This document shows, in pieces, positions 28,024 to 37,794 of a stretch of DNA of 64,000 bases; the first letter of the stretch is position 1, and each line of letters begins with the position of its first letter. A program made the translations under genes and the position numbers. Under the pieces are notes generated by a model. That model saw nothing but the letters and a program-made list of their open reading frames with translations, searched no databases and was not told the origin of the DNA. Source of the stretch: Minisyncoccota bacterium (GTDB lineage Bacteria; Patescibacteriota; Minisyncoccia; Phycocordibacterales; UBA9973); NCBI GenBank assembly GCA_041662205.1, contig JBAZSZ010000002.1:27957-91956 (forward strand), read 5' to 3'.

Positions 28024-30027
28024 ATGAAAAATATATACACAAAATTTTTAATATTAAGTATCTTCGTGTTTTTTGGTTTTTTTAATATGGTAACTCCAGC
28101 TTCCGCCATGACTTGCGGCAGCGCCACTTTGACTGGAGACGTTATTACAGGTACCCCGCCTGCTCGTGCCCGATTTACCTATGGTACAGATTTTAATACT
28201 GTAGCAAATGGTGGAGGAACACCGACGACAGTCCAGACTTTTTTCTCAGACGGACCTATTCAGCAATTTATTTCTGGTCTAGCTGAAAATACCACTTACT
28301 ACTTTAGATTAGAAGTAACAAATAATTTTGGAACAGCACTTTTGAATATTAATAATTTTACCACTCCAAGTTGTCAGGTTCCAGTTCCACAAAATCCTAC
28401 CGTCACCATTTCCGCTAATCCTTCTTCTATTCAGGCTGGGCAAAGTTCTGTCTTGAGTTGGAGTTCTCAGAATGCGACTTCTTGTTCTATTTCTCAACTT
28501 GGAAGTGTTAGTCTCTCAGGAAGCCGAAGTGTTTCTCCAGCAAATACCACTACCTATACTATTACTTGTACCGGTTCTACGGGCTTGAGTGCTTCCGCTT
28601 CCGCTACTGTTTTTGTAAATCAAGTGCAACAGCAAAACCCTACCGTTAATATTTCCGCTAATCCTTCCACTATTCAAGCTGGACAGAGTTCTGTTCTAAC
28701 CTGGAATTCTCAAAATGCTAATTTTTGTTCTATCTCCCAGCTTGGTGGTAGTGTCGCTCTCTCTGGAAGTCAAACCGTTTCTCCTTCCTTTACCACTACC
28801 TATACTATTACTTGTACCGGTTCTACGGGCTTGAGTGCTTCCGCTTCCGCTACTGTTTTTGTAAATCAAGTGCAACAGCAACAGCCAACGGTTAATCTCT
28901 TTGCTAGTCCCGTAAATATTCAAACTGGACAAAACTCCACACTTTCTTGGAGTTCTAGCAACACTTCTTCTTGTTCCGCTTTCTGGACAGGTAGCACCGC
29001 TACGAGTGGCTCCGGTATTGTCGTACCAAACGTTACCACTACTTACAGTATTACCTGTTTCGGTACTAATGGACAGCAAGTTTCCGCTTCCGCTACTGTT
29101 TTTGTAAATCAAATACAACCAATTAATAATCGACCTACCGTAGTAGTTTTCTCTGACCAAGTCAGTGTACCTTTTAATGGATCAGCTACTATTCGCTGGA
29201 TCACCACTAATGCAACCTCTTGTTTTGCAAGCAATGGGTCTACCGGCTGGGCAGGAGTGAAAAGTATTGGCCCCGGAAGTTTCTTCACTGGATCCTTAAC
29301 AAGTACTAAAACTTATACACTTACATGTAGTAATAGTGTAGGATCTGACACTGATTCAGAAACCATAACCGTTCGCGCACAAACAATCAACAATCCAAGA
29401 CCTACTCCAACCTCCCTCGTACTCATCACTTCTTCTATTGATCGAAATCAACCAATAGTTCCTACTATTGATAACACGAGACCACGCCCAGGAGATGAAA
29501 TTAATTACACTGTAAGTTACCAAAATATCGGCACAGGATCGATTACCAATCTCAGATTGCAAGTAAATCTTCCTTTTGAAGTAGATTATCTATCTTCAAA
29601 TCCAAGCAACCCAACTATTTCTGGCAACACTTTGGTTTTCAACTTAGGTACGCTTCGAGCAAATGGCCAAGGCACAGTAACCATCAGAACACGAGTAAGA
29701 GAAAACATTCCTGCTGGAACAAACTTAAACTTCCCTGCTACTTTAAGCTATGTTGATCCTTCTGGTAATCCCCAATCAGTAAATGCAAATGTTTCCGCAC
29801 AAGTATTTAGCGCACCAGAAAATCAAATTGTCGTACCTCTCGGAGCAAATGTTTTCGGAGCTGGATTTCTTCCAACAAATATATTCGGCTGGCTCTTACT
29901 TCTTGCTCTCATACTTCTACTAGCATTTCTAGCTAAACACCTTTTTGATCAATCTTTCCGTAAAAAAACTACGGTGATTACTGATCAACCATCAGGTAAG
30001 AAAGTTACGACTACTACCTTAGAATAA
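28024..30027 (+). CDS. Large cell-surface protein with tandem ~81-aa Ig-like/DUF11-like repeats and a C-terminal TM anchor
   Basis: Signal peptide, then 3-4 repeats of NPTV.ISANPS.IQAGQSSVL.W.SQNA..CSISQLG...SVSP..TTTYTITC, then a TM helix (IFGWLLLLALILLLAFLA) and a basic tail. Confidence 0.75.
   Translation: MKNIYTKFLILSIFVFFGFFNMVTPASAMTCGSATLTGDVITGTPPARARFTYGTDFNTVANGGGTPTTVQTFFSDGPIQQFISGLAENTTYYFRLEVTNNFGTALLNINNFTTPSCQVPVPQNPTVTISANPSSIQAGQSSVLSWSSQNATSCSISQLGSVSLSGSRSVSPANTTTYTITCTGSTGLSASASATVFVNQVQQQNPTVNISANPSTIQAGQSSVLTWNSQNANFCSISQLGGSVALSGSQTVSPSFTTTYTITCTGSTGLSASASATVFVNQVQQQQPTVNLFASPVNIQTGQNSTLSWSSSNTSSCSAFWTGSTATSGSGIVVPNVTTTYSITCFGTNGQQVSASATVFVNQIQPINNRPTVVVFSDQVSVPFNGSATIRWITTNATSCFASNGSTGWAGVKSIGPGSFFTGSLTSTKTYTLTCSNSVGSDTDSETITVRAQTINNPRPTPTSLVLITSSIDRNQPIVPTIDNTRPRPGDEINYTVSYQNIGTGSITNLRLQVNLPFEVDYLSSNPSNPTISGNTLVFNLGTLRANGQGTVTIRTRVRENIPAGTNLNFPATLSYVDPSGNPQSVNANVSAQVFSAPENQIVVPLGANVFGAGFLPTNIFGWLLLLALILLLAFLAKHLFDQSFRKKTTVITDQPSGKKVTTTTLE
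28393..29125 (+). repeat. Three tandem ~246-bp coding repeats; units 1 and 2 share an identical 82-bp stretch
   Basis: ctatactattacttgtaccggttctacgggcttgagtgcttccgcttccgctactgtttttgtaaatcaagtgcaacagcaa occurs at both 28555-28636 and 28799-28880. Confidence 0.7.
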
Positions 30028-30090
30028 TAAGCAATAAATAAAACTAAGTAAATTATTTAATTTTTTAAAAAGATAATTTACTTAGTTTTT

Positions 30091-31356
30091 TTATTTTCTA
30101 ACAGAATAATTACCCATGGCTATCCATTTATAAGTGGTCATTTCTTTGGCTCCCATCGGACCACGAGCGTGGAGCTTGGAAGTAGCAATGCCAATCTCTG
30201 AACCAAGTCCGAATATGGCGCCATCAGAAAATCTAGTAGAAGCATTGACATACACTACCGCCGCATCCACTTCATCTAAAAATTTTTGGCAATTCTGCTT
30301 ACTCTCAGATAGAATTGCTTCCGAGTGTTTAGAGGAATATTTATTAATATGCTGGATAGCTTCGTCAACATTAGAAACAATTTTTACTGACATTTTTTGA
30401 CTTAAGAATTCCCTTCCAAAGTCTCCTATTGTCGCCTTTTTCAAAAGACTAGCCGGATAACTTTTTCTTAATATTTTAAAACTTGATAAATCAGCAAAAA
30501 TTTCTACATTCTTTTGGATTAAAAATCCAGCAAGTATTGGCAGAAATTTTTGCGCTACTTTCTGATGTACTAATAATGTATCCAAGGCATTACAAACGCT
30601 GGGACGTTGTGTTTTAGCATTAAAAACAATCTTGGCAGAAGCATCGAGCTTGGCAGATTTGTCCACAAAAGTATGACAAACTCCAGCCCCTGTTTCAATT
30701 ACCGGCACCGTAGCATTATTTCTCACAAAATTTATTAAATTAGAACTTCCACGCGGAATAATAACATCCACTAAACCTTCAGCTGAAACAATATCCAAAA
30801 CAACATCTTTTATTTTTGGATCTATAAATTGAACTACTTCAGGACTAGCCCCAGATAATACTAAAGCATTTTTTATAATTTTATGCAGAATTACACAGCT
30901 TTCTCTTGCCTCTTTCCCCCCTTTCAGAATCACCGCATTGCCAGACTTGATACAGATAGCAGCCACATCCGTGGTTACATTGGGCCTTGATTCGTAAATA
31001 ACACCGATCACTCCTATCGGCACTCTTTTTTTGCAGATCTTAAGTTCTTTATTCTCTATGTTATCGCGACAATCAAAAATTTCACCAATTGGATCTTTCA
31101 TCTTTATCAAACTTTCAATTTCTTTTGCCATACTTTCAATGCGTACATCATTCAATAAAAGACGGTCCCGCATCGGATCATTTAAAGTAATTTTTTTTAA
31201 ATCTTTCAAATTTGCTTTAATAATTAATTTTTTATTTTTACGTAATTCTTTGGCTAAATTTTTCAAAATTAAAGTTCTCTGAGCGTAGGATAAAAGACTG
31301 AATTTTTTAGAAGCTTTTTTGGCTTTATTCAATTGTTGTAATATTTTTTTATTCAT
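30091..31356 (-). CDS. proA: Gamma-glutamyl phosphate reductase
   Basis: Aldehyde dehydrogenase fold with the ProA C-terminus (VYVNASTRFSDGAIFGLGSEIGIATSKLHARGPMG). Confidence 0.9.
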   Translation of the reverse strand: MNKKILQQLNKAKKASKKFSLLSYAQRTLILKNLAKELRKNKKLIIKANLKDLKKITLNDPMRDRLLLNDVRIESMAKEIESLIKMKDPIGEIFDCRDNIENKELKICKKRVPIGVIGVIYESRPNVTTDVAAICIKSGNAVILKGGKEARESCVILHKIIKNALVLSGASPEVVQFIDPKIKDVVLDIVSAEGLVDVIIPRGSSNLINFVRNNATVPVIETGAGVCHTFVDKSAKLDASAKIVFNAKTQRPSVCNALDTLLVHQKVAQKFLPILAGFLIQKNVEIFADLSSFKILRKSYPASLLKKATIGDFGREFLSQKMSVKIVSNVDEAIQHINKYSSKHSEAILSESKQNCQKFLDEVDAAVVYVNASTRFSDGAIFGLGSEIGIATSKLHARGPMGAKEMTTYKWIAMGNYSVRK

Positions 31357-32117
31357 TATTTGTTTTGACCTAATTCCTGTGCTCTTTTGTATGCAGAGAG
31401 AACAGCTTTTGACACAATTCCGCTGAAATTTTCTTTCTGAAAAATATTCAGAGCGGCTTCTGTAGTGCCACCTTTTGAAGCAACTTTTTTTATAAGAGAA
31501 GAATAATCGCTCTCTTTACTCAAAATAGCAGCAGCTGAAAAAGTTTTTTCTACGAGTTGCTGGCTTTCATTTTTATTCAATCCAAGATTATCGCAAGCTT
31601 TTATTAAACAATCTGCTAAAAGAAAAAAATATGCTGGCCCACTACCAGAGATGGCTGTTACTTTATTTATAGTATCTTCATTTTTAACTTCAAAATTTTC
31701 TGTAATTTTATTTATGAAATTTTTAACTTTCTTTTTCTCCAAAAGAGATATACCTACCCCTCTCCAAGCCGCAATGCCATAACCCACTGAAAGTCCTAAA
31801 TTTGGCATCATTCTTATGATCTTTTTGTGACCAGAGAGATGTATGAGTTCTTTGATTGATACACCAGCCATAATTGAAATTAATATTGTTTTTTTGTTTA
31901 AATAATTTTTAATTTCCACAAAAGCTTCTTTTGCTTCTTGTGGTTTTACCGCAAAAATAATAAAATCAGATTTTTTTACTTTCTCAATAAAATTCTTTAA
32001 ATTTGGCTTATCTTTATCAATGCTAAAAACAGCAATTTTAGGATCTTTTTTAGAAATCGCTTTAGCAATAGCTTTGCCCATCGTACCAAAACCAATAATT
32101 GTTACTTTTGTACTCAT
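31356..32117 (-). CDS. proC: Pyrroline-5-carboxylate reductase
   Basis: Rossmann motif IIGFGTMGKAI and the P5CR C-terminal dimerisation domain. Confidence 0.85.
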   Translation of the reverse strand: MSTKVTIIGFGTMGKAIAKAISKKDPKIAVFSIDKDKPNLKNFIEKVKKSDFIIFAVKPQEAKEAFVEIKNYLNKKTILISIMAGVSIKELIHLSGHKKIIRMMPNLGLSVGYGIAAWRGVGISLLEKKKVKNFINKITENFEVKNEDTINKVTAISGSGPAYFFLLADCLIKACDNLGLNKNESQQLVEKTFSAAAILSKESDYSSLIKKVASKGGTTEAALNIFQKENFSGIVSKAVLSAYKRAQELGQNK

Positions 32118-32122
32118 AAAAT

Positions 32123-32881
32123 TTATTTCCTCTTTTGAGCTAAAAATCTTGTGCCTGAAAAATTTTCACTGATAGCTTTTATTATCGTTCCTCTTTTTTC
32201 CCCATTACCAACGAGTGTTTCTATTCCTTTCTTGGTAGCATAATCAACAGAGGTAATTTTGGCGCACATTCCCCCTACCCCGAGATCAGACTTTCCGACT
32301 GAACATACTGCTTTTATCTTAGCATCGATTTTACACACATTTTTTATTAATTCTGCATCCTTATTGTGATCAGGATTGTCTGTAAAAAGTCCATTTTGAT
32401 TTGTTAAAATCAAAAGCTTGTCCGCTTTTAATCCTACCGCCACCATGGCGCTCAACATATCGTTGTCATTTACTCTCAGATCTTCTCTCTTCATAACATC
32501 ATTCTCGTTTATAATTGGCAAAACTTTATGTGAGAGCATCGCTTCTATATTCAAAACAAAATTATTAAAATGCTCTTTGTTTGTAAAGTCATCACTCAAT
32601 ATAAGAATTTGACCGACAATAATTTTATATTTTTTAGCTTCATTAATATAATTATGCATTAACATCGGCTGACCGACAGATGCAGCTACTTTCTTCTGAA
32701 GTGGACTTGAAAAATTAACCAGTGGTAACCCTGTACCGATGGCACCAGAGGTCACTAAGATAATTTCATGTCCAAGTTTTAAAAGCTCAGCAATTTCTTT
32801 AATAATTTGCCTAATTCGCTCCTTTTTTAGTCCTTTTTTATCAGAAATTACTTGAGTACCGATCTTTATTACTATACGCAT
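32123..32881 (-). CDS. proB: Glutamate 5-kinase (no PUA domain)
   Basis: Amino-acid kinase fold with MRIVIKIGTQVISDKKG. Gene order is proB-proC-proA. Confidence 0.85.
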   Translation of the reverse strand: MRIVIKIGTQVISDKKGLKKERIRQIIKEIAELLKLGHEIILVTSGAIGTGLPLVNFSSPLQKKVAASVGQPMLMHNYINEAKKYKIIVGQILILSDDFTNKEHFNNFVLNIEAMLSHKVLPIINENDVMKREDLRVNDNDMLSAMVAVGLKADKLLILTNQNGLFTDNPDHNKDAELIKNVCKIDAKIKAVCSVGKSDLGVGGMCAKITSVDYATKKGIETLVGNGEKRGTIIKAISENFSGTRFLAQKRK

Positions 32882-32947
32882 ACAATTACTTTATATTAAT
32901 AAGGTATTATCTGCAAATGCATAATAGTGATATACTAAGAAAAATAT

Positions 32948-33628
32948 ATGCCTAACGAAACAACTGAAAAATACCCAATGAGAATAAATAAGTATCTTGC
33001 TTTAAAAAAAATCTCCACAAGACGTGGCGCTGATCTTCTGATAAAAAACAAAAAAGTATTTATTAATAAAAAATTAGCTGTTCTCGGTAGTCAGGTAAAT
33101 GAAAACGATTTAGTAGAAGTAAAAGGCGCAAAGCCCACAGAATACAAATATTTTGCTTACAACAAACCAAAAGGAATTGAAACAGATTCTCCTAAAGAAG
33201 GGCTTTTCCCTTTGGGAAGATTAGATAAAGCTTCTCATGGACTTTTAATCCTTACTAATGATGGACGCATCACTGATCAACTGCTAAATCCAAAATACTT
33301 TCATGAAAAAGAATATGTCGTCCGCACGAAAGAAAAACTCCGCTCAAATTTCAAACAAAAAATGGAAGCGGGGGTAGATATAGAAGGCTACATGACAAAA
33401 CCATGCAAAGTAAAAATAATGAGTGAAAATACTTTTAAAGTAATTTTAACTGAAGGCAAAAAACACCAAATCCGCCGAATGTGCGCCAACCTTTTCCAAG
33501 AAGTCGCTGACTTGAAACGCGAAAGAATCTTGAATATCAAACTAAATAACTTAAAACCAAACGCTCTGAGAGAAATAAAAGGAGAAGAATTAACTATTTT
33601 TCTAAATCAAGTACTTCATCAATCCTAA
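32948..33628 (+). CDS. RsuA/RluB-family rRNA pseudouridine synthase with an S4 domain
   Basis: S4-like N-terminus (RINKYLALKKISTRRGADLLI) and a GRLDKASHGLLILTNDG catalytic motif. Confidence 0.8.
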   Translation: MPNETTEKYPMRINKYLALKKISTRRGADLLIKNKKVFINKKLAVLGSQVNENDLVEVKGAKPTEYKYFAYNKPKGIETDSPKEGLFPLGRLDKASHGLLILTNDGRITDQLLNPKYFHEKEYVVRTKEKLRSNFKQKMEAGVDIEGYMTKPCKVKIMSENTFKVILTEGKKHQIRRMCANLFQEVADLKRERILNIKLNNLKPNALREIKGEELTIFLNQVLHQS

Positions 33629-35114
33629 TTTGTTTTACAAATTCAGGCACGTGAGAAACTAAAATCATCGCTCCTTTGTATTCATCTAATGCTTTAGCGA
33701 TTATTGGCAAATGACGGAAATTTATGTGATTTGTCGGCTCGTCTAAGATTAAAAGTCCAGGTTTTTGGAGTACCAGCCTTGCAAAAGCTACTAGCCCTTT
33801 CTGTCCCTCTGAAAGACTCCCTATTTTTGTACGAATAAATTCTCCAGTAATTAAAAACCCTGCGGCTATAGAACGCATCCTCTCTTCATCTAATCTTTCT
33901 CCTCCTTCGCGCATAGCGTCTGCTAAAGATTGATAAACTGTATCTTCAAAATTAAGAGTAGAAAAATCTTGTCGATAATACCCTATCCGAATTCCTTCTC
34001 TTACTTTTTCGCCATCAGCATGACCACTCGCGAGTCTCTCCAAGAGAGTTGTTTTACCAATACCGTTCGGACCCTGTAACAATAAATGATGATTTTTATT
34101 CAAAGAAATTTTGGCTTTATGTTTTACAATTTTTCCATTTTTCATCGTAGTAAAAGAAGAAATATTTAAAATTTCTCCAATCAAATCTGGTTGAGAAGGA
34201 ATAATAAAAGGTCTGATAGCTTTGTCTTCTTTTCGCACGTCCACCATCTCCTCTTCCAATTCTTCCGCTTTTTCGCGCATCCGTTTGGCCACCAAACGCA
34301 ACCTTCCACCTTTGTAAGCAAAAACATTGGCTTGATCTTTTTTTGCTTGAATTTCCTTTTGCAATTGGGCATTTTTCATATTTTCTTTTTCTACCCGAGC
34401 AGTGATGTCTTTAACCACATTAAAATAATTACCGACATATTGTTCAATCTTTTTTGTATAAACATCTAAATAAAGCACCCCTTGCGTAAAAGCATTTAAA
34501 AATTCTGCATCATGAGAAATAACTAAAACTGTTTTTTTATAATCAATTAAGAATTTTGTTAGATGCGCTATCCCAGCTTTGTCCAAATTATTCGTTGGTT
34601 CGTCTAGGAGAAGTAAGTCTGGATCTTGGATAAGGGCTGAAGCTAAAAGCAAGCGAGCTTGTTGCCCGCCAGAAAATGTTTTTATAATCCTATCATGAAT
34701 CTTTGTATGTCCTTTCAAATTTACAACTTCTAAAACTTCATCGATCCTTGGATCAATATTATAAATCTTAGCTAATGTTTTATTTTGAAAACACTTCTCA
34801 AAAAATTCTCTTACTGTTAAACTTAATTCTTCTCTAGGAATAACTTGCCTAGATGAGGCAATAGTAATTCCATTCACAACATTTATAATTCCTGATTCTG
34901 GAATATTTTTCCCTAAAATAAGGCCAAAGATGGTGCTCTTGCCTGCACCATTTTGTCCCATAAGAGCAAATTTTGACCCACGCCTCAAAGTAAAAGACAC
35001 CTGCTCTAAAATAGGCTTATTCACCCCCCACTCAAATGAAACTTTATCAAATCTAACTATTGTTTCTTGAGTCTTTTGAGTTTTTTGATTATCTTTCATT
35101 TCTTTAGACATCAT
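33594..35114 (-). CDS. ABC-F family ATPase (two ABC domains, no TMD)
   Basis: Two Walker A motifs (GQNGAGKST and GPNGIGKTT) and two signature motifs with a linker between them. Confidence 0.85.
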   Translation of the reverse strand: MMSKEMKDNQKTQKTQETIVRFDKVSFEWGVNKPILEQVSFTLRRGSKFALMGQNGAGKSTIFGLILGKNIPESGIINVVNGITIASSRQVIPREELSLTVREFFEKCFQNKTLAKIYNIDPRIDEVLEVVNLKGHTKIHDRIIKTFSGGQQARLLLASALIQDPDLLLLDEPTNNLDKAGIAHLTKFLIDYKKTVLVISHDAEFLNAFTQGVLYLDVYTKKIEQYVGNYFNVVKDITARVEKENMKNAQLQKEIQAKKDQANVFAYKGGRLRLVAKRMREKAEELEEEMVDVRKEDKAIRPFIIPSQPDLIGEILNISSFTTMKNGKIVKHKAKISLNKNHHLLLQGPNGIGKTTLLERLASGHADGEKVREGIRIGYYRQDFSTLNFEDTVYQSLADAMREGGERLDEERMRSIAAGFLITGEFIRTKIGSLSEGQKGLVAFARLVLQKPGLLILDEPTNHINFRHLPIIAKALDEYKGAMILVSHVPEFVKQIRIDEVLDLEK

Positions 35115-35282
35115 CGTACATTAGCCTATTTTAAACAAAATAGCGAGTGAAAATACTACTTGCTTGACAAATTGGGTTGTTTTGTGACATACTTAAGAAA
35201 CAAAGTAGGTGCAAGGAGAGTTTTAAAGAGTCGATTTCTTAAGTATATCTATTTGTATTTAATAATTTTAACCAAAAAATCA

Positions 35283-35483
35283 ATGACCGGTACAATAAAA
35301 AAGATGGTAAGTGAAAAAGGTTTTGGCTTTATAACAGCTGAAGGACTACAGAAGGATTTATTCTTCCACAGTAATTCTCTTGTTGGCGTAACCTTTGATG
35401 AACTCAAAGAAGGTGATACTGTTTCTTTTGAAACAGAAGAATCTCCAAAAGGATTGAATGCTACAAACGTACAACGCGTGTAA
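35283..35483 (+). CDS. cspA: Cold-shock protein (CspA family)
   Basis: MTGTIKKMVSEKGFGFITAEG has the RNP1 motif KGFGFI. The table ORF 35160..35483 is trimmed to this Met. Confidence 0.85.
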   Translation: MTGTIKKMVSEKGFGFITAEGLQKDLFFHSNSLVGVTFDELKEGDTVSFETEESPKGLNATNVQRV

Positions 35484-35496
35484 TATTCTCTAAATA

Positions 35497-35523
35497 AAAA
35501 AAGCCCCAAACGGGGCTTTTTTT
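35497..35523. terminator. Bidirectional rho-independent terminator
   Basis: aaaaaagccccaaacggggcttttttt. Confidence 0.6.
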
Positions 35524-35535
35524 ATTTATATATTT

Positions 35536-35814
35536 TTATTGAGTAAATTCTTCTCCCTTCGCCCACTTTTTTAATATATCATAATCAGTATCTCCGCAAA
35601 TAAATTTCTTCGTTTTTGTATTATAGAAAAAAGGAACTCCTCCGCACAATTCTCCGTTATCAATCTCGAGTAAACGCTTTTCATTTTCTTTATTGTGCCA
35701 AACTTCCAAACCTTCAATCTTTATCCCCTCCTCTTTTTCTAGACGTTCCACTAGCTCGTGCATATTTACGCAATGAGGGCATTCTGTTCCATAAAATTCA
35801 AGTAAATGATTCAT
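35536..35814 (-). CDS. Glutaredoxin/thioredoxin-like small redox protein
   Basis: CPHC active site within YGTECPHCVNM. Size is 92 aa. Confidence 0.7.
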   Translation of the reverse strand: MNHLLEFYGTECPHCVNMHELVERLEKEEGIKIEGLEVWHNKENEKRLLEIDNGELCGGVPFFYNTKTKKFICGDTDYDILKKWAKGEEFTQ

Positions 35815-35843
35815 AAAATTTAAAAGAAATTAGAATTTGTTGT

Positions 35844-35919
35844 TTAGAAAGCCTTGCGACCAGCTACCGAGCCGAGCAGTTCGCTGGCGTAATAACGCCA
35901 GATAGATTGCTTTATAAAT
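35844..35919 (-). repeat. GC-rich ~75-nt intergenic element, copy 1, 16 nt 3' of rpsT; candidate structured RNA or REP-like element
   Basis: Near-identical to 37691-37764. Hairpin ctggcg-taataa-cgccag and shared termini ttagaaagccttgcg / gatagattgctttataaat. Confidence 0.5.
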
Positions 35920-35935
35920 AACAAATTCGAATTTC

Positions 35936-36199
35936 TTACTTAACTAATTTTGATAAGCGAGATTTCTTACGAGCGGCGTTATTTTTCTTTATTACTCCTT
36001 TTTGCGCTGATTTATCGATAGCCTGAAAAGCGCTTGGGAGCATCTTTTTAGCTTCAGCTTTACCTGTTTCTTTATTTGTTTTAACAACTTTCTCGATTTT
36101 CTTGATTATTTCCTTCATCACCTTCTTGCGTTGGTCATTAAAAGCCTTCTTTCGAAGAGAACCACGAATTGCTTTTTTAGCTGATTGTGTTATTGGCAT
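35936..36199 (-). CDS. rpsT: 30S ribosomal protein S20
   Basis: MPITQSAKKAIRGSLRKKAFNDQRKK resembles the S20 N-terminus. Basic and all-alpha. Confidence 0.85.
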   Translation of the reverse strand: MPITQSAKKAIRGSLRKKAFNDQRKKVMKEIIKKIEKVVKTNKETGKAEAKKMLPSAFQAIDKSAQKGVIKKNNAARKKSRLSKLVK

Positions 36200-36252
36200 A
36201 TATGTAATATATCAAAAAACCCAAAAAAATGCAATTATGTTATGATTATTCT

Positions 36253-36819
36253 ATGATTGGAAGCATTAAGGGAAAAATTATATTAAAAACAGAAAAATTT
36301 TTAATTGTAGAAACTGGCGGAGTCGGCTATAAAATAAGTGTCTCGCCAGATATACTATCTAAGACAAAAAAAATAAATGAGGAAATATCCCTTTGGACAC
36401 ATACTCAAGTTCGCGAAGATGCTTTAGATTTGTATGGATTTTTGGAACGCCCAGAATTAGAATTTTTTGAATTGCTTTTGAATGTATCTGGTATAGGACC
36501 AAGATCAGCTTTAGCAATTTTAGGAATTGCTTCCATCGAAACGTTAAGAAAAGCAATAGGAACTGGAGACACCAGCTATCTCACAAAAATATCTGGAATC
36601 GGTAAAAAAACTGCAGAAAGAATTGTAATTGAATTACGTGATAAAATGGGAACAGAGTTAGAAGGAAGTTCCCTCCGTGAAGAATTAGATGCCTTAGAAG
36701 CACTGAAATCTCTCGGTTATTCTCAAAATGAGGCACGCGAAGCATTGAAAAAAGTTTCTCCTAATGTAAATACCAATACAAAAATACGTGAAGCGTTAAA
36801 AATTTTAGGTGGAAAATAA
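36253..36819 (+). CDS. ruvA: Holliday junction DNA helicase RuvA
   Basis: MIGSIKGKI...VETGGVGYKI is the RuvA N-terminus, with HhH motifs (VSGIGPRSA, ISGIGKKTAE). Start taken at the internal Met. Confidence 0.85.
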   Translation: MIGSIKGKIILKTEKFLIVETGGVGYKISVSPDILSKTKKINEEISLWTHTQVREDALDLYGFLERPELEFFELLLNVSGIGPRSALAILGIASIETLRKAIGTGDTSYLTKISGIGKKTAERIVIELRDKMGTELEGSSLREELDALEALKSLGYSQNEAREALKKVSPNVNTNTKIREALKILGGK

Positions 36820-36820
36820 A

Positions 36821-37672
36821 ATGCCTGAATTACCAGAAGTAGAAACGACAGTGCGAGGTCTTAAAAAGACTATAGTGAATCTTGTAATAAAAAACGTCTG
36901 TACTGACTTAGTAACAAAAGATAAGCGTAAACATGATAGTGTAGCCAACCCTAAATTTTTCAAAATTTTTAAAAAAGAAATTCTAAACAAAAGAATTCTA
37001 TCAATAGAAAGACGTGCTAAAAATATCCTAATAAACTTATCAGGAAATAAAACCATTTTGATTCACCTGAAGATGACTGGATATTTGTTTTATGGCAAAG
37101 ATCCAAAAATAAAATTTGCCCATGTTGTTTTTACACTCTCAAATAAACATTATTTAGTTTTTTCGGATATACGTAAATTTGGGAAAATCACTTTATTTGA
37201 TACTAAAATTGCGCATGATAGTAGACACTTAAACAATATCGGGCCAGAACCTCTTGATAAAAATTTTACTTTAAAAAAATTAGAAGAATGCTTAAATAAA
37301 AAACTAAACGGAAAGATTAAAACAGTTTTAATGGATCAAAGTGTTATTGCTGGTATTGGTAATATTTATTCGGATGAAATACTTTGGCGCGCTGGCGTGC
37401 ATCCAGAAAGAAAAGTTTCCAGTTTAAAAGAAAAAGAATTTAAATTAATTTTCAAAGCCATTAAAGAAACTCTAAAAAAAGGCATAGATTTCGGTGGAGA
37501 TTCAATGTCAGACTATAAAAATATTTACGGCTTGCCCGGTAAATTCCAACTACATCATGAAGCGTACAGACGCACTGGAGAAAAATGTCGAAAGAAAAAT
37601 TGTAAAGGAATAATAATAAGAAAAATAATAAACAGCCGCAGCGCGCACTTTTGCTATGTGCATCAGAAATAA
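36821..37672 (+). CDS. mutM: Formamidopyrimidine-DNA glycosylase
   Basis: The N-terminus MPELPEVET has the catalytic Pro2. There is an H2TH motif and a C-terminal zinc finger. Confidence 0.9.
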   Translation: MPELPEVETTVRGLKKTIVNLVIKNVCTDLVTKDKRKHDSVANPKFFKIFKKEILNKRILSIERRAKNILINLSGNKTILIHLKMTGYLFYGKDPKIKFAHVVFTLSNKHYLVFSDIRKFGKITLFDTKIAHDSRHLNNIGPEPLDKNFTLKKLEECLNKKLNGKIKTVLMDQSVIAGIGNIYSDEILWRAGVHPERKVSSLKEKEFKLIFKAIKETLKKGIDFGGDSMSDYKNIYGLPGKFQLHHEAYRRTGEKCRKKNCKGIIIRKIINSRSAHFCYVHQK

Positions 37673-37690
37673 AATAAGAAAATATAAAAT

Positions 37691-37764
37691 TTAGAAAGCC
37701 TTGCGCAGCCGGGTAGGCGAGCAGTTCGCTGGCGAAGCTTCGCCAGATAGATTGCTTTATAAAT
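37691..37764 (-). repeat. GC-rich ~75-nt intergenic element, copy 2, 30 nt 3' of the TrmH-family gene
   Basis: Hairpin ctggcgaagcttcgccag. The loop and stem differ from copy 1, but pairing is preserved. Confidence 0.5.
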
Positions 37765-37794
37765 TTTTATATTTTCTTATTTTAAATACTAAAA

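Noticed and set aside
28393-29125. Tandem repeats considered as a possible CRISPR array
   Set aside because: The units are about 246 bp, lie inside one continuous ORF, and encode protein repeats. There is no short repeat/spacer periodicity and no cas gene.
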